Shown here one piece after another: positions 40,901 to 50,093 of a stretch of DNA of 53,152 bases; position 1 is the stretch's first letter; the number at the start of each line of letters is the position of its first letter. The DNA comes from an uncultured Gemmatimonadales bacterium (GTDB lineage Bacteria > Pseudomonadota > Gammaproteobacteria > Pseudomonadales > IMCC2047). The DNA is taken from the NCBI GenBank assembly GCA_964195105.1, contig CAXMOT010000038.1:1-53152 (forward strand), read 5' to 3'. The notes beneath the pieces are model-generated. The model searched no databases. It was given only the letters and a program-made list of their open reading frames with translations, and was not told the DNA's origin. Both the position numbers and the translations under genes were made by a program.

Positions 40901-41050
40901 CTGGTGGACAGCTTCCCCACACACCTGCAACTGATCCGTTGCGGACGTATCCGAAAGATAGGCCTCAAGGCTTTCCTGCGCCTTGGCCAAGGTATCTTCA
41001 ATATCGCTATGAACCCAATCGAGGCTCATGAAATCATGGGACTCACCCAT
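34901..41050 (-). CDS. chpA: Pil-Chp hybrid histidine kinase (multi-HPt, CheA core, CheW, receiver)
   Basis: Three HTLKGS HPt motifs, EHMLRNAVDHGIE, GFSTA...SGRGVGMDVV, CheW domain, C-terminal receiver (VVDDS, DIEMP); ATG 41050 follows GGAG. Confidence 0.95.
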   Translation of the reverse strand: MGESHDFMSLDWVHSDIEDTLAKAQESLEAYLSDTSATDQLQVCGEAVHQVHGSLQMAGLASALMLTEEIQAMLTGLAAGEIEDASAAHEALVQALVHLPPYLTRVQHETVERPLLLLGPANQLRKQMGREAISDFSYFTPDLGPQREPAGSEVQERFEREDSASLKKIRQIFQFALVGLIRNEDVQVNLGRVSNALARLQQLCKGAPVNQGWEVGTAFIEGLLNGAIELESAIIDLLRRIDLAIKTLIEAGATGLDTRPDENMLKGLLYHLAKSPAGMPRVDAIKQDYQLDQYDLGTKASAATLIAAPDKQTIESVVSALTEELQRVKDTIDLYVRNDVKGSLDLGGLQPSLSQIASTLVLLNLEAPRIIVQEQISMLADGASDNNEIDEDALLKIAEALLYVEAELDSLLESVTSRGQDSVGVHANAAAETVVEESLKSLRKAKDCMHDFLASDGDFSLLDQVPGQLRGTYGGLSILSLPTAPQLVFACGQYIEDDIIASEKIPEGAAIETLAEVIATVEFYLEGFTNSHVFNENVLTQAKQGIASLGYPIVQADGISSEDDHFGVLDEELSGFESATDELGADLYQELDHDLEQEPEQAVAAAQNSDDVSYADSAEPSASIEPSADEVGDNQIGYEAVAEAEAPIVAEAADDENFIDDEILEIFVEEAQEVFEQIDIHWPLYASDFGNQDSLKEVRRAFHTLKGSGRMVGAGQIGELAWSVESMLNQLLEGVVSPNDSICGLVNRVTGVMPGLLEDFRTQTESSFDIGPLMTCAELLSKGEAAELPDIESEAQHETTEAIEFAEVDSVDDAAAEPTFVVEESASDDPEGNADSDIYTIFGREAGQHLAAVDDFLSMAEHGSAEITDELYRALHTLKGSAHMAELPNIAGVASAAEALIKSMRERAIWVDSEVAGLLVETGAIIRGGLEHLHDDPLAPLAGSSQLLEKLDAYSAHRLELLGEADAVEAPQTSALALLLQQNMDPICIAQSHFETWQADPQPGNPVFAELRDASTRLVALLAGTDDASLPVLLHALDDAYAQLSEFGQRPNEALLAALGDAHEGLINGLDQAAAGQDIEISIVPVQQLADAIERLQSSADEASDEVAEEITEEFVEELAEEITEESAEEVAEDITGDTSQSPGQEALDQELVGIFLEEAEEIFEAVATAKQDWLNDNSNAGAIDALQRALHTLKGSSRMAGLGPVGDLSHELEAIYEDVAAARINAGHQLFELIHACDDRLADMVAEVKGGAACTPAPELIERARAFHAEQLGQPIAATESATSATEVSETVVFDTALGVTVEADSEALGAFFDNAAGLLASLGKSINKLKSHSGKKANIYKHLQADVTSLKDVAYVAGVHEIGDLSQIFLEVLINFEPADLGEDAVQVELSDWLERLAASYQEARESAQGVIEPEPQVDDVVDASHGQPAQVPAQDTVRVSSSLLEQLVNLGGETSVSRSRIEQQVSNFGYAIEEVGVTIERLREQLRRMEIETEAQILFRQEQEGPEHEGFDPLEMDRYSRMQELSRSLVESVSDLFDLKDTLRDRARYTETILLQQARINTELQEGLMKTRMVPFSRLAARLRRVVRQVGQEVSKQVEFTLKNVDVELDRSLLEHMTAPLEHMLRNAVDHGIESPAQRKQAGKDEKGSVQLSLGRDGGDVVLELSDDGAGVDIASVRAKAVERGLIEQGAQLTDDEILQFILHAGFSTARKVTQISGRGVGMDVVSSEIKKLGGTITIHSEPGQGSRFVVRVPFTVSVNSALMVNIGDETFALPLSTIEGVVRVSPYELEEYYRDNGPRFEYAGQQYDLSYLGEFVGHRNNLQAQNQAMPLPVILIRTAEGSVALQVDDITSSREIVVKPLGSQLGAMPGLSGATILGDGRVVLILDMPAMVRARAAVSTQEKVEFVETAEQVSTELRVMVVDDSVTVRKVASRLLERHGMEVIVAKDGVEAMTKLQDTLPSVMLLDIEMPRMDGFELASLMRHDERMKDVPIVMITSRTGDKHRERAMEIGVNRFMGKPFQEDDLLDAIGALTNFERDQHKRSN

Positions 41051-41154
41051 ACTGACTCCAGCTTCTTCTTGGGGCCCACTAGTCACTAGAGGCCCTGATT
41101 AACGTGAATATTCCGCTGCTGTCCGACATCAAGTCGATGCGTCTATAGCTGGCT

Positions 41155-43551
41155 CTAAGCCGCGGAAATGTTCCTTTTATCATCCGAGTCACTGCTAACA
41201 TCCTGCTCCCCGTCTGTCTCACCCTGTTCCACGTCCATTTCGAATGCGAAATCGTCGGGTGCCTTGGAATCATCAAGATCGACCGAAAAATCGGCTTTCG
41301 TTGAACCTGCACCCAGGCCATCAAGGTCACCAGCCGCTGCAACGATTTCTGCCAACTCGGCGTCGGTCTCGACGTCGTCACCGATATCAAACACGGATTC
41401 CTCCGCGGCTTCAGCGGTCGAGTCATCGAAACTTTCGCTGGACTCATCGCTGGCATCGACGGCTTCGTTCACCGCCGCAAAGCGAGGCACAAGGACATCA
41501 TCATTGTCCGCCTCCATTGCTCTTACACTTTCAGGCAGGGTAAAGCCGGCAACTGAATTACGCATTTCCTGCGCCATGTCGGCCAGTTCACCAATCGATG
41601 TCGCCGTCGCCATTGTGCCGGAAGACGTCTGCGAAGTAATTTCCTGGATCACATTCATAGTCTGTGAAACGCGATTAGCAGATTCAGATTGCTGCTGACC
41701 GGCGAGGGAGATTTCCTGAATCAGTTTCGCCAGGTCGTTTGATACCTCTTCGATCTCTCCCAGCGCTACACCCGCGTCCTGGGCCAGGCGTGCTCCCTGG
41801 ACCACCTCGGCAGTGGTGTGCTCCATCGAGATCACCGCTTCATTGGTATCAGCCTGAATGGTCTTAACCAGCACTTCAATCTGTTTGGTCGCCGCGCTGG
41901 AACGTTCCGCAAGTCGCTGTACTTCGTCCGCAACCACCGCAAAGCCCCGACCGGCATCACCTGCCATCGACGCCTGAATAGCGGCGTTGAGCGACAGAAT
42001 GTTGGTTTGGTCGGCAATATCATCAATCAAGGATACGATGTCACCAATTTCCTGGGTGCTCTCACCCAGGCGTTTGATCTGCTTGGATGTTTTCTGAATC
42101 TGCTCACGGATTTTGTCCATACCGTGAATCGTGTTTTGCACCGCATCCGCACCCTTGTTCGCAATTACTACCGAACGCTCCGCCACTTTAGCGGACTCGT
42201 CGGCGTCGCCGGATACCTTGCCCATCGTGTTTGAAATGGTGTTGATCTCAGAGGTTGCATCGGTGATTTCGCGAGCCTGGTTGGCAGACGCCTCAGACAG
42301 GGCGGTTGCCGTCGACTGCGTTTCACGCGCCGCATCAGATACCAATACCGAGCTTTCATTAATCGACACAACCAGGTTGCGCAGTTGGTCGATCGCGAAG
42401 TTGATCGAATCCGCAATCGCTCCGGTAAAGTCCTCTGTGACCGTCGCGCTCGTGGTCAAGTCACCATCGGCGAGGTCGGCAATTTCATCCAGCAGTCGCA
42501 AAATTGCGGTCTCGTTACGTTCGTTGGTATCCGACTGCTTGAGCAAGTTCTTACGGGTGTCACGGAAGATAATGACGCCCAACAGGCCGATGATCGCGAG
42601 TGCCAGCACACCGCAGACGTAGCCCATGTACGGCGCGATCTGGCGTTGTTGCGGCAGCACCTGGAAGTGCTCAGTAAGCTGAGATGTCTGGGCCAGCAAC
42701 TCGGTAGAATCGGTTGATATCTTGTCCGCGGCCTCACGCACCTGGAATAACTCGGGCGACGCCTGGATAATTTGGTCGGCACTGTTGCTTACCACCTGGA
42801 ACGGCGCGCTGATGTTCTTGAGCAACTTCACTACCGCAGCATTGCGCACCGGGCTGATATTCAAACCGGCATCGCCTTCGAGCATACCCTGGTATACGCG
42901 GGTAATTTCTGCGGCATCGAGCTCAAACGCATCCGCTGCGAGAACGGCGTCTTCGCCACCCTCGAGGATCTTGTTGACGTTACTCAGGATGCGCTCCGCC
43001 AACCATGATTGGCGTTGTGCTGCCGCCACTTGACTAGCCGCAGCGCGGTTCGCTAACAAAATAGCGATGGCTTCATCATATTCCGCCTGTAATTGCGGAA
43101 TAGACTGGCTGAGGGCGTCAGCAACTTGGTGCAGACTGAGCACCGCTTCCTGGCTATCCAGGATTTGCGTGGAGTCGACTTTTACGCGATTCCATATTTC
43201 CTGCACACCGCCCATATCGGTCTGGACCTGGGCCGGACTTGCTGGCAGCCGGGTACTAACATCACCGCTTTTCAGGTAGCCCCAACGACGCTCAAATTCA
43301 GCGGCGGATTCCTTAAGGACGGCAAAAGCTTCTACTTTACCTGCGGCCGCTTCGTTAGCATTTTTGGCAATCTCCTGCGACAGTACGCGCAGCTCACCCG
43401 CGTGGCGGATGTATTGTTTATCATATCCACCCTCAGTGCTGGTGATGACCAAAATTGTAATAAAGCCGGCGATTGCAAATACCAGGAGAACCATCAATCC
43501 GGGGATTGATTTGTTGCTGCCTACACCTGCATTCACGTTTTTCGTTTTCAT
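41155..43551 (-). CDS. pilJ: Pil-Chp methyl-accepting chemoreceptor with acidic C-terminal extension
   Basis: Two TM segments, HAMP (LADGDLT...[13 protein letters not shown]), signalling tip [37 protein letters not shown]. Confidence 0.95.
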   Translation of the reverse strand: MKTKNVNAGVGSNKSIPGLMVLLVFAIAGFITILVITSTEGGYDKQYIRHAGELRVLSQEIAKNANEAAAGKVEAFAVLKESAAEFERRWGYLKSGDVSTRLPASPAQVQTDMGGVQEIWNRVKVDSTQILDSQEAVLSLHQVADALSQSIPQLQAEYDEAIAILLANRAAASQVAAAQRQSWLAERILSNVNKILEGGEDAVLAADAFELDAAEITRVYQGMLEGDAGLNISPVRNAAVVKLLKNISAPFQVVSNSADQIIQASPELFQVREAADKISTDSTELLAQTSQLTEHFQVLPQQRQIAPYMGYVCGVLALAIIGLLGVIIFRDTRKNLLKQSDTNERNETAILRLLDEIADLADGDLTTSATVTEDFTGAIADSINFAIDQLRNLVVSINESSVLVSDAARETQSTATALSEASANQAREITDATSEINTISNTMGKVSGDADESAKVAERSVVIANKGADAVQNTIHGMDKIREQIQKTSKQIKRLGESTQEIGDIVSLIDDIADQTNILSLNAAIQASMAGDAGRGFAVVADEVQRLAERSSAATKQIEVLVKTIQADTNEAVISMEHTTAEVVQGARLAQDAGVALGEIEEVSNDLAKLIQEISLAGQQQSESANRVSQTMNVIQEITSQTSSGTMATATSIGELADMAQEMRNSVAGFTLPESVRAMEADNDDVLVPRFAAVNEAVDASDESSESFDDSTAEAAEESVFDIGDDVETDAELAEIVAAAGDLDGLGAGSTKADFSVDLDDSKAPDDFAFEMDVEQGETDGEQDVSSDSDDKRNISAA

Positions 43552-43602
43552 CCTTTGCTCCCAAACATCACATCAGAAATTAATTTTTGATTGAATATAA
43601 TA

Positions 43603-44139
43603 TTAAACTGCTACCTGGAGAAACTCAGGCGACAGCACTAGACGCGTTAAGCTGAATATAGTCCAGGTTTGGCCATCTCGCTCATACCCGCCCTGAACAA
43701 AGGGCGCAAATTGCTTCGAAACCTGCACCGATGGTTTGAAAGCGTCCTGGGTAAAGGTTTGCATACCCAGCACTTCCGGGACCACAAAACCGCTATACAG
43801 ATCACCTTGCCGGGATGCCAATACCCGCGACCGCTTGTTAGATGCAGTGGTTTTGCAATCAAAATACTGTTCCATATCAACAACCGACAACAGCCGGCCC
43901 CGCACATTGGCAATCCCGTTGACCCAGCTCTTGACGCCGGGCACCCGGGTCACCTCAGGTACGTAGAGAATTTCATCGATCTCAGCCATCGGCACGATAA
44001 ACAGCTGACCCGCAAGGCGAAAGGCAATGCCTCGCCACTCGGCTTCGCCCTTTTTAGCATCGGGCAGGGTTACTGCCGCGCTGCCGATAGACTCCGAAAT
44101 CTGTTCAAGTAATCCGAACGGACTTGTGCTTGCCGTCAT
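43603..44139 (-). CDS. pilI: CheW-like adaptor PilI
   Basis: WRGIAFRL, TRVPGVKSWVNGIANVRGRLL; between pilH and pilJ. Confidence 0.92.
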   Translation of the reverse strand: MTASTSPFGLLEQISESIGSAAVTLPDAKKGEAEWRGIAFRLAGQLFIVPMAEIDEILYVPEVTRVPGVKSWVNGIANVRGRLLSVVDMEQYFDCKTTASNKRSRVLASRQGDLYSGFVVPEVLGMQTFTQDAFKPSVQVSKQFAPFVQGGYERDGQTWTIFSLTRLVLSPEFLQVAV

Positions 44140-44173
44140 AGCTGCCTCTATTTGTTCCGGTGTTGGTGAAACG

Positions 44174-44539
44174 TTAAGCGGTTAGGACTGTGTCGATGGT
44201 CGACAACAGCACCGGCTCTTCGACCGGCTTGACCAAATAGCCCTTGGCACCCTGACGTGCGCCCCAGACCCGGTCGGTTTCCTGGTTCTTGGTGGTAACG
44301 ATTATCACGGGTATATGTGACGTCTCATTCGCTTTACTCAGTTGGCGCGTAGCCTGAAAGCCGTTGAGTCCGGGCATGACAATATCCATGAGTACGACGT
44401 CCGGCTGCTCCTGTTTGGCAATTGCAATACCATCGGCGCCATTCTCTGCTGTTAACACCTCATGGCCATTTTGACGCAGCATGGAGGCAAACGCGTAGGT
44501 TTCGGTAGGAGAATCGTCAATTATCAGTACTCTTGTCAT
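44174..44539 (-). CDS. pilH: Single-domain response regulator PilH
   Basis: LIIDDSPTE, MDIVMPGLNGFQATRQL, TKNQETDRVWG. Confidence 0.95.
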   Translation of the reverse strand: MTRVLIIDDSPTETYAFASMLRQNGHEVLTAENGADGIAIAKQEQPDVVLMDIVMPGLNGFQATRQLSKANETSHIPVIIVTTKNQETDRVWGARQGAKGYLVKPVEEPVLLSTIDTVLTA

Positions 44540-44568
44540 ATTGCTACCCAATCGATGGTCTTTAATTA

Positions 44569-44997
44569 TTAGTTTGCAACGCTGTGCAGCTGTCCCAGGC
44601 CTGATGCTTCTTCAGGGACCGCCGTTTGCTGACGAATGGCGCCCAACAATTCCTCTTTGCTAAATGGCTTGGTCAGGTATTGGTCAGAACCGACAATACG
44701 GCCCTTGGCCCGATCGAATAACCCGTCCTTGCTCGACAGCATGACGACCGGCGTGTGCTTGAATTGCTGGTTGTTTTTTATCAGCGCACAGGCCTGGTAA
44801 CCATCCAGGCGTGGCATCATGATATCTACGAAGATAAGGTCGGGACGGTTATCGACAATCTTTGCCAAGGCATCGAACCCATCCACGGCAGTTATTACGT
44901 TACATCCCACCTTTTTGAGCAGCGTCTCTGCTGTTCGCCGAATGGTTTTGCTGTCATCAACAACCATTACGGTCAGTCCTTCAAAAGCGTCTGTCAT
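44569..44997 (-). CDS. pilG: Single-domain response regulator PilG
   Basis: DDSKTIRRTAETLL, DIMMPRLDGYQACALIK, LSSKDGLFDRAKGRIVG. Confidence 0.96.
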   Translation of the reverse strand: MTDAFEGLTVMVVDDSKTIRRTAETLLKKVGCNVITAVDGFDALAKIVDNRPDLIFVDIMMPRLDGYQACALIKNNQQFKHTPVVMLSSKDGLFDRAKGRIVGSDQYLTKPFSKEELLGAIRQQTAVPEEASGLGQLHSVAN

Positions 44998-45427
44998 GCA
45001 CTAAACCTCTGGCAAATATTTGCGTTACATAATAAAGATAGTAGAAACTGGTTAAAGCGAAAGGTTTTACCCCGTAAATTCAGGCTTCAGCGCCCAAATC
45101 ACCCACCCTTCAAGCGTAATCCAATTTCCACCAAGTTCAAGTTAACAATCAACTCGGAGTCTGTCGGACTTGAGCGCTCATAGCGAGGGAAAGAGCCGAT
45201 CGAGTCATTTTTTGTCCACATTTGAGAATAGTAGTTCTATTTGACGAAAAATTGGGCAGAAAATGGCCAACTCGGGATTTTCCGCAGCAGAGTAGTCTTA
45301 ACTCCGACAGGCTGCTGGGCTGAAGATACAATTTTACGCCAATTTTTGGCTTAACATTCATTCGTATGCAGTAACACTATAGAATTGCGGTCAGAGTACT
45401 TAAATCGTTAAAGGACAGGCCCCTCAT

Positions 45428-46396
45428 ATGACAATCAAACTCGGCGTGGTTATGGACCCCATAGATGCCATCAACTACAAGAAGGACAGCACTCTTGCCA
45501 TGCTGCTCGCGGCACAAACGCGCGGCTGGGAATTACACTATATGGAGCAAAGCGATCTGTATCTGCATAACGGCGACGCAATGGCCCGCATGGCTAACCT
45601 GCGGGTGTTTGCAGACCCGTGTCATTGGTATGAACTGGGGCCCCGGCAGGACGCGTCACTGGCGGAGCTCGATGTTATCCTGATGCGCAAGGATCCACCC
45701 TTCGATAACGAGTATCTGTATTCGACCTATATCCTGGAGGATGCCGAGCTGAATGGCACGCTGGTCGTTAACCGGCCCCAAAGCCTGCGTAACTTCAACG
45801 AAAAACTGTTTGCCACCCAGTTTCCGCAATGTTGCCCGCCGCTGATAGTGAGCCGGGATATGGCGCGACTGCGGGCATTCAAGGATGAGCACGGAGATGT
45901 GGTGTTCAAGCCACTGGATGGCATGGGCGGAGTGTCGGTATTTCGTGTACGCCAGGACGACCCCAACGTTGGTGTTATCCTGGAAACACTCACCGAGCTG
46001 GGCACCCGGCAGATCATGGGCCAGAAGTTCATTCCCGAAATCAGCAATGGTGATAAGCGCATACTGATGATCGATGGCGAACCGGTTCCCTACGCATTGG
46101 CCCGGGTTCCCGCAGTCGGCGAAACCCGCGGCAACCTGGCAGCCGGTGGCACCGGCATTGGCCAGGAATTAACTGAACGCGATCGCTGGATTTGTGACCA
46201 AGTCGCACCTAAACTCAAAGCATCGGGTCTGCTGTTTGTCGGCCTTGACGTCATTGGCGACTTTTTGACCGAGATTAATGTCACCAGTCCAACCTGTATT
46301 CGAGAGCTTGATAACGAATATTCACTGAATATCGGCGACCAGCTAATGGCCTGTATCGAAACCAGGCTAAACAGCACTAACCGATCCTCCGGGTAA
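45428..46396 (+). CDS. gshB: Glutathione synthetase
   Basis: VMDPI...KKDST, MRKDPPFD, NEKL, KPLDGMGG, RGNLAAGG, EINVTSPTC. Confidence 0.98.
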   Translation: MTIKLGVVMDPIDAINYKKDSTLAMLLAAQTRGWELHYMEQSDLYLHNGDAMARMANLRVFADPCHWYELGPRQDASLAELDVILMRKDPPFDNEYLYSTYILEDAELNGTLVVNRPQSLRNFNEKLFATQFPQCCPPLIVSRDMARLRAFKDEHGDVVFKPLDGMGGVSVFRVRQDDPNVGVILETLTELGTRQIMGQKFIPEISNGDKRILMIDGEPVPYALARVPAVGETRGNLAAGGTGIGQELTERDRWICDQVAPKLKASGLLFVGLDVIGDFLTEINVTSPTCIRELDNEYSLNIGDQLMACIETRLNSTNRSSG

Positions 46397-46426
46397 CGCG
46401 GCAGGGACCAACAGCGGTAACGAGCA

Positions 46427-47305
46427 ATGCAACAAACTGCGCCTGACATCAACAGCAGCGACCGTCTCTGCTTTACGGTCTTCGTCGCTATCGCTGTGCA
46501 TGCCGCACTGATTCTCGGTATCGGTTTCGAGATTCTCACCCAGGCCGATCAAAGCCCGGTTATTGAAGTCACCCTGGCGCACAACCCGAGTGAGAAAGCG
46601 CCAGAGGACGCTGACTTTATGGCCCAGGAAAACCAGCTCGGCGGTGGCGAGTTGGAAGAGAAGGCCCTGCCTACCATAACCCAGACAACCGAGTTCATTG
46701 AACAACACATCCAGGAAGTGTCGCCCGAAACGCCGCCCGAAGCGCAGCCGGATGCGCCGACCAGGCAAGTAGAGCAAGTCACGACCCTGAATGCGGAGCA
46801 GCAAGTCATCAGCCTGCAGCAGGATATCCCCCTGGAGGACAAGATGTTGCGAGTCGACCAGGAAATCTCGTTGCTGGAGCGCAGCCTGAACCTTGCGAGC
46901 CTGGATGCCAAACTGGATACCCACGAACAGTTCCAGACCAAGAAGACTCGCGTCCACCGGATAAGCTCCGTAGCGGCACTGAAGACCCTGGATGCATATT
47001 ACGTCAAACAATGGATTACCAAGATCCACCGGGTCGGCAAACTGAACTACCCGGAAGAAGCCAGGCGCCGCAAGCTTTATGGCAGCCTGCGACTGGTGGT
47101 GACGCTGGTGCCCAATGGCAGCGTAAGGGATATACAGGTGCTGCGCTCCTCCGGCCACAAAATCCTCGATGATGCGGCGATCCGAATAGTGCGGCTCGCC
47201 GAGCCATTCGCGCCATTTCCGGAACATCTCCGCAAGGAGTATGACCAGCTGGAGATAACCCGTACCTGGCAGTTTAGCAAAGACGGCCATAGTCCGGTTC
47301 TGTAG
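46427..47305 (+). CDS. TonB-family protein (TonB3-like by position)
   Basis: N-terminal TM with His (AVHA), C-terminal NYPEEARR...SSGHKILDDAAIRIVRLAEPF...ITRTWQF; between gshB and yqgE. Confidence 0.88.
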   Translation: MQQTAPDINSSDRLCFTVFVAIAVHAALILGIGFEILTQADQSPVIEVTLAHNPSEKAPEDADFMAQENQLGGGELEEKALPTITQTTEFIEQHIQEVSPETPPEAQPDAPTRQVEQVTTLNAEQQVISLQQDIPLEDKMLRVDQEISLLERSLNLASLDAKLDTHEQFQTKKTRVHRISSVAALKTLDAYYVKQWITKIHRVGKLNYPEEARRRKLYGSLRLVVTLVPNGSVRDIQVLRSSGHKILDDAAIRIVRLAEPFAPFPEHLRKEYDQLEITRTWQFSKDGHSPVL

Positions 47306-47377
47306 GGAGCCCCTGGCTCTCATACAACCTGAATTCGATTCTTGATAACGAGCGGCAACGCCCTCATAGTAAAGGTT

Positions 47378-47950
47378 ATGAACAGCGCGAATTTCTCGGA
47401 ATCATTGAAAGACCACTTTTTGATCGCGATGCCGCATATGCAGGGCTCGGGGTTCGCCCACACGGTCACTTATATGTGTGAGCATGACGAGCAGGGCGCG
47501 ATGGGCCTCGTTATCAATCGTCCCACCGGAATTGCGCTGGGAGAAATCCTTGAGCGACTCAATATACCGACACATTCCGATGGCCTTAAACTGGCCCCGA
47601 TATATGCAGGCGGACCGGTACAGCCCGATCACGGGTTTATCCTGCACAGTGGCAGCCGCAGCTGGGACTCAACTTTACCGTTGACCGACCGTATCAGTCT
47701 CACCACCTCCAAGGACATTCTCGCCGCCATCGCCGATGATGACGGCCCCGAGGATTGCCTGGTAGCGCTGGGGTATGCGGGTTGGGGCGCTGGCCAACTG
47801 GAGCAGGAGCTGGCAGACAATAGCTGGATTAATGCCCCGGCGGACCCGGACATCATATTTAATGTGCCCTGCGAAGAGCGTCTGGATGCAGCGGCCGCGC
47901 TGCTCGGTGTAGATCTAAGCCGTATCGGCCCCGGTGCCGGGCACGCCTGA
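47378..47950 (+). CDS. yqgE: YqgE/AlgH family protein
   Basis: HFLIAMP, GAMGLVINRP, GGPV, LGYAGWGAGQLEQEL, GHA end. Confidence 0.95.
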   Translation: MNSANFSESLKDHFLIAMPHMQGSGFAHTVTYMCEHDEQGAMGLVINRPTGIALGEILERLNIPTHSDGLKLAPIYAGGPVQPDHGFILHSGSRSWDSTLPLTDRISLTTSKDILAAIADDDGPEDCLVALGYAGWGAGQLEQELADNSWINAPADPDIIFNVPCEERLDAAAALLGVDLSRIGPGAGHA

Positions 47951-47969
47951 CGAAGCAACCTCCAGCCTT

Positions 47970-48437
47970 ATGACAACTTCAGGACAACTGGCAAGCAAGC
48001 GCTTTTTGGCGTTCGACTTCGGTACTAAATGTATCGGCGTCGCGGTGGGTCAGGCACTGACCGGAACCGCGACCCCGCTGGACGCACTGAAGGCGCGCGA
48101 CGGCATACCCAATTGGGATGATATAGCGGGATTAATCAAAACCTGGCAACCCGATGGATTCGTGGTCGGCATACCCCTGACCATGGAAGGGGTTGAGGGT
48201 GAAATGGCGCTGCGCGCGCGCAAATTTTCCAACCGGCTAAACGGGCGGTTTCACAAACCCAGCTTTGAGATGGACGAGCGCCTGTCCTCCTGCGAAGCCG
48301 AATCACAGGCCGGCGCATCAGGACGTTCGACCAAAACATCGATCAGTATCGATAGTATTGCCGCCGGCTTGATATTGGAGAGCTGGTTCCGCCAGGCACA
48401 GCCCGCCGCTGACACATTTTCACAGGAGCAGATTTAA
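47970..48437 (+). CDS. ruvX: Pre-16S rRNA nuclease YqgF/RuvX
   Basis: LAFDFGTKCIGVAVG, VVGIP, DERLSS, IDSIAAGLILE; start uncertain. Confidence 0.93.
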   Translation: MTTSGQLASKRFLAFDFGTKCIGVAVGQALTGTATPLDALKARDGIPNWDDIAGLIKTWQPDGFVVGIPLTMEGVEGEMALRARKFSNRLNGRFHKPSFEMDERLSSCEAESQAGASGRSTKTSISIDSIAAGLILESWFRQAQPAADTFSQEQI

Positions 48438-48967
48438 TGCAGACCAATGCGCAATCGCTATTGGACCAGATTACCCGGCAGCTCGAAACACGCTGCAACG
48501 AACGTAACATCGCTGACCCGTTAATAATCGGCATTCATACCGGAGGAGTCTGGGTAGCGGAACGCATTCATGAACGCCTGGCCGCCACGAAGTTGGTGCA
48601 GGATCCTCTTGGCACGCTGGATATCTCCTTTTATCGCGATGACTTCACCCGGATCGGCCTGAACCCAAAGGTTAAACCCTCAAATTTACCGGTCATGACG
48701 GAAGGCCGGCACGTGATCCTGGTTGACGATGTGTTGATGAGCGGGCGCACTATTCGCGCAGCGCTCAATGTATTGTTCGAGTTCGGCAGACCCGCGAGCG
48801 TCACTTTAGTGGTGCTGGTCGACCTGAATGCCAATGAACTGCCTATCAAGGCGGACATTGCCGGGCAAACCCTCAACCTGCCGGCCAACCAGCGTATCAA
48901 GCTCAGCGGCCCCGACAACCTGGCGTTAAGCATTAAAACGCTCGAGCCCGAAGCGGGTACCGTTTAA
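48437..48967 (+). CDS. pyrR: PyrR regulator / uracil phosphoribosyltransferase
   Basis: GIHTGG, LDISFYRDD, LVDDVLMSGRTIRAA, ELPI. Confidence 0.95.
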   Translation: MQTNAQSLLDQITRQLETRCNERNIADPLIIGIHTGGVWVAERIHERLAATKLVQDPLGTLDISFYRDDFTRIGLNPKVKPSNLPVMTEGRHVILVDDVLMSGRTIRAALNVLFEFGRPASVTLVVLVDLNANELPIKADIAGQTLNLPANQRIKLSGPDNLALSIKTLEPEAGTV

Positions 48968-49044
48968 GCTAATTGCGCGCTGTTTGAAATAAATCACTTA
49001 AACAGATTTCACACCTGACCGATTTTCGCTAAACTTGCGCACCT

Positions 49045-50085
49045 ATGAGGCCTGTCGCCGAATCACCGCAAATTCAAATCTCCGATTCCGGACAGCTACG
49101 CCATTTCCTCACCATTGGGGGGCTCTCCCGGTCCCTGTTACTAGAGATCCTTGATACCGCCGACTCCTTCATCAGCATGGAGCAGCAATCGGTGAAGAAA
49201 GTCCCCCTGTTGCGCGGCAAAACCGTGGTCAATTTGTTCTTCGAGCCCTCCACCCGCACCCGCACCACATTTGAGCTGGCGGCCAAGCGCCTCTCCGCTG
49301 ACGTTATCAACCTGAACATCAACACGTCGGCCACCACCAAGGGCGAAACCCTGCTCGACACCCTGAAAAACCTGGAGGCCATGGCCAGCGACATGTTTGT
49401 GGTGCGCCATGCCGACAGTGGCGCTGCGCATTTTATCGCCGAAAAGGTCACCCCCAACGTCGCTATTATTAATGCCGGTGACGGACGCCATGCCCACCCC
49501 ACGCAGGCAATGCTGGATATGTTTGCGATTCGTCACCACAAGGGCGACTTCGAACAGCTCAGTGTGGCCATCGTCGGCGACATATTGCACTCCCGGGTAG
49601 CCCGCTCCCAGATCCAGGCATTGACCACCCTCGGGGTTCCGGACATTCGAGTCATCGCACCTAACACACTACTACCCACCGATGTCGAGTCGCTGGGCGT
49701 CAAAGTGTATAACCGCGCCATCGACGGGCTGAGTGATGTCGATGTGGTGATCATGCTGCGGCTGCAGAACGAACGCATGCAGAGTGCGCTACTACCTAGC
49801 GAACGCGAATACTACAAGCTCTACGGCCTGACCCAGGAGAAACTGAAGCGCGCCAGGCCTGATGCGATTGTCATGCACCCGGGGCCCATCAACCGAGGCG
49901 TTGAAATAGAATCGGGGGTCGCAGACGGTCCCCAATCGGTGATCCTCAACCAGGTCGGCTACGGAATCGCCGTGCGCATGGCGGTCATGTCGATGGCCAT
50001 GAGTGGCCAGACCACGCAAAACCAGAACCTGAGCGTCACCGACCCGGACCTGGATTCACTCACGACCCGGCCCTGGCAGGAATAG
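49045..50085 (+). CDS. pyrB: Aspartate carbamoyltransferase catalytic subunit
   Basis: [51 protein letters not shown]. Confidence 0.98.
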   Translation: MRPVAESPQIQISDSGQLRHFLTIGGLSRSLLLEILDTADSFISMEQQSVKKVPLLRGKTVVNLFFEPSTRTRTTFELAAKRLSADVINLNINTSATTKGETLLDTLKNLEAMASDMFVVRHADSGAAHFIAEKVTPNVAIINAGDGRHAHPTQAMLDMFAIRHHKGDFEQLSVAIVGDILHSRVARSQIQALTTLGVPDIRVIAPNTLLPTDVESLGVKVYNRAIDGLSDVDVVIMLRLQNERMQSALLPSEREYYKLYGLTQEKLKRARPDAIVMHPGPINRGVEIESGVADGPQSVILNQVGYGIAVRMAVMSMAMSGQTTQNQNLSVTDPDLDSLTTRPWQE

Positions 50086-50093
50086 CGCGCATC

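Noticed and set aside
41079-41456. 125-aa alternative-frame ORF as a pilK remnant
   Set aside because: It overlaps the pilJ tail in another frame and has no CheR motifs.
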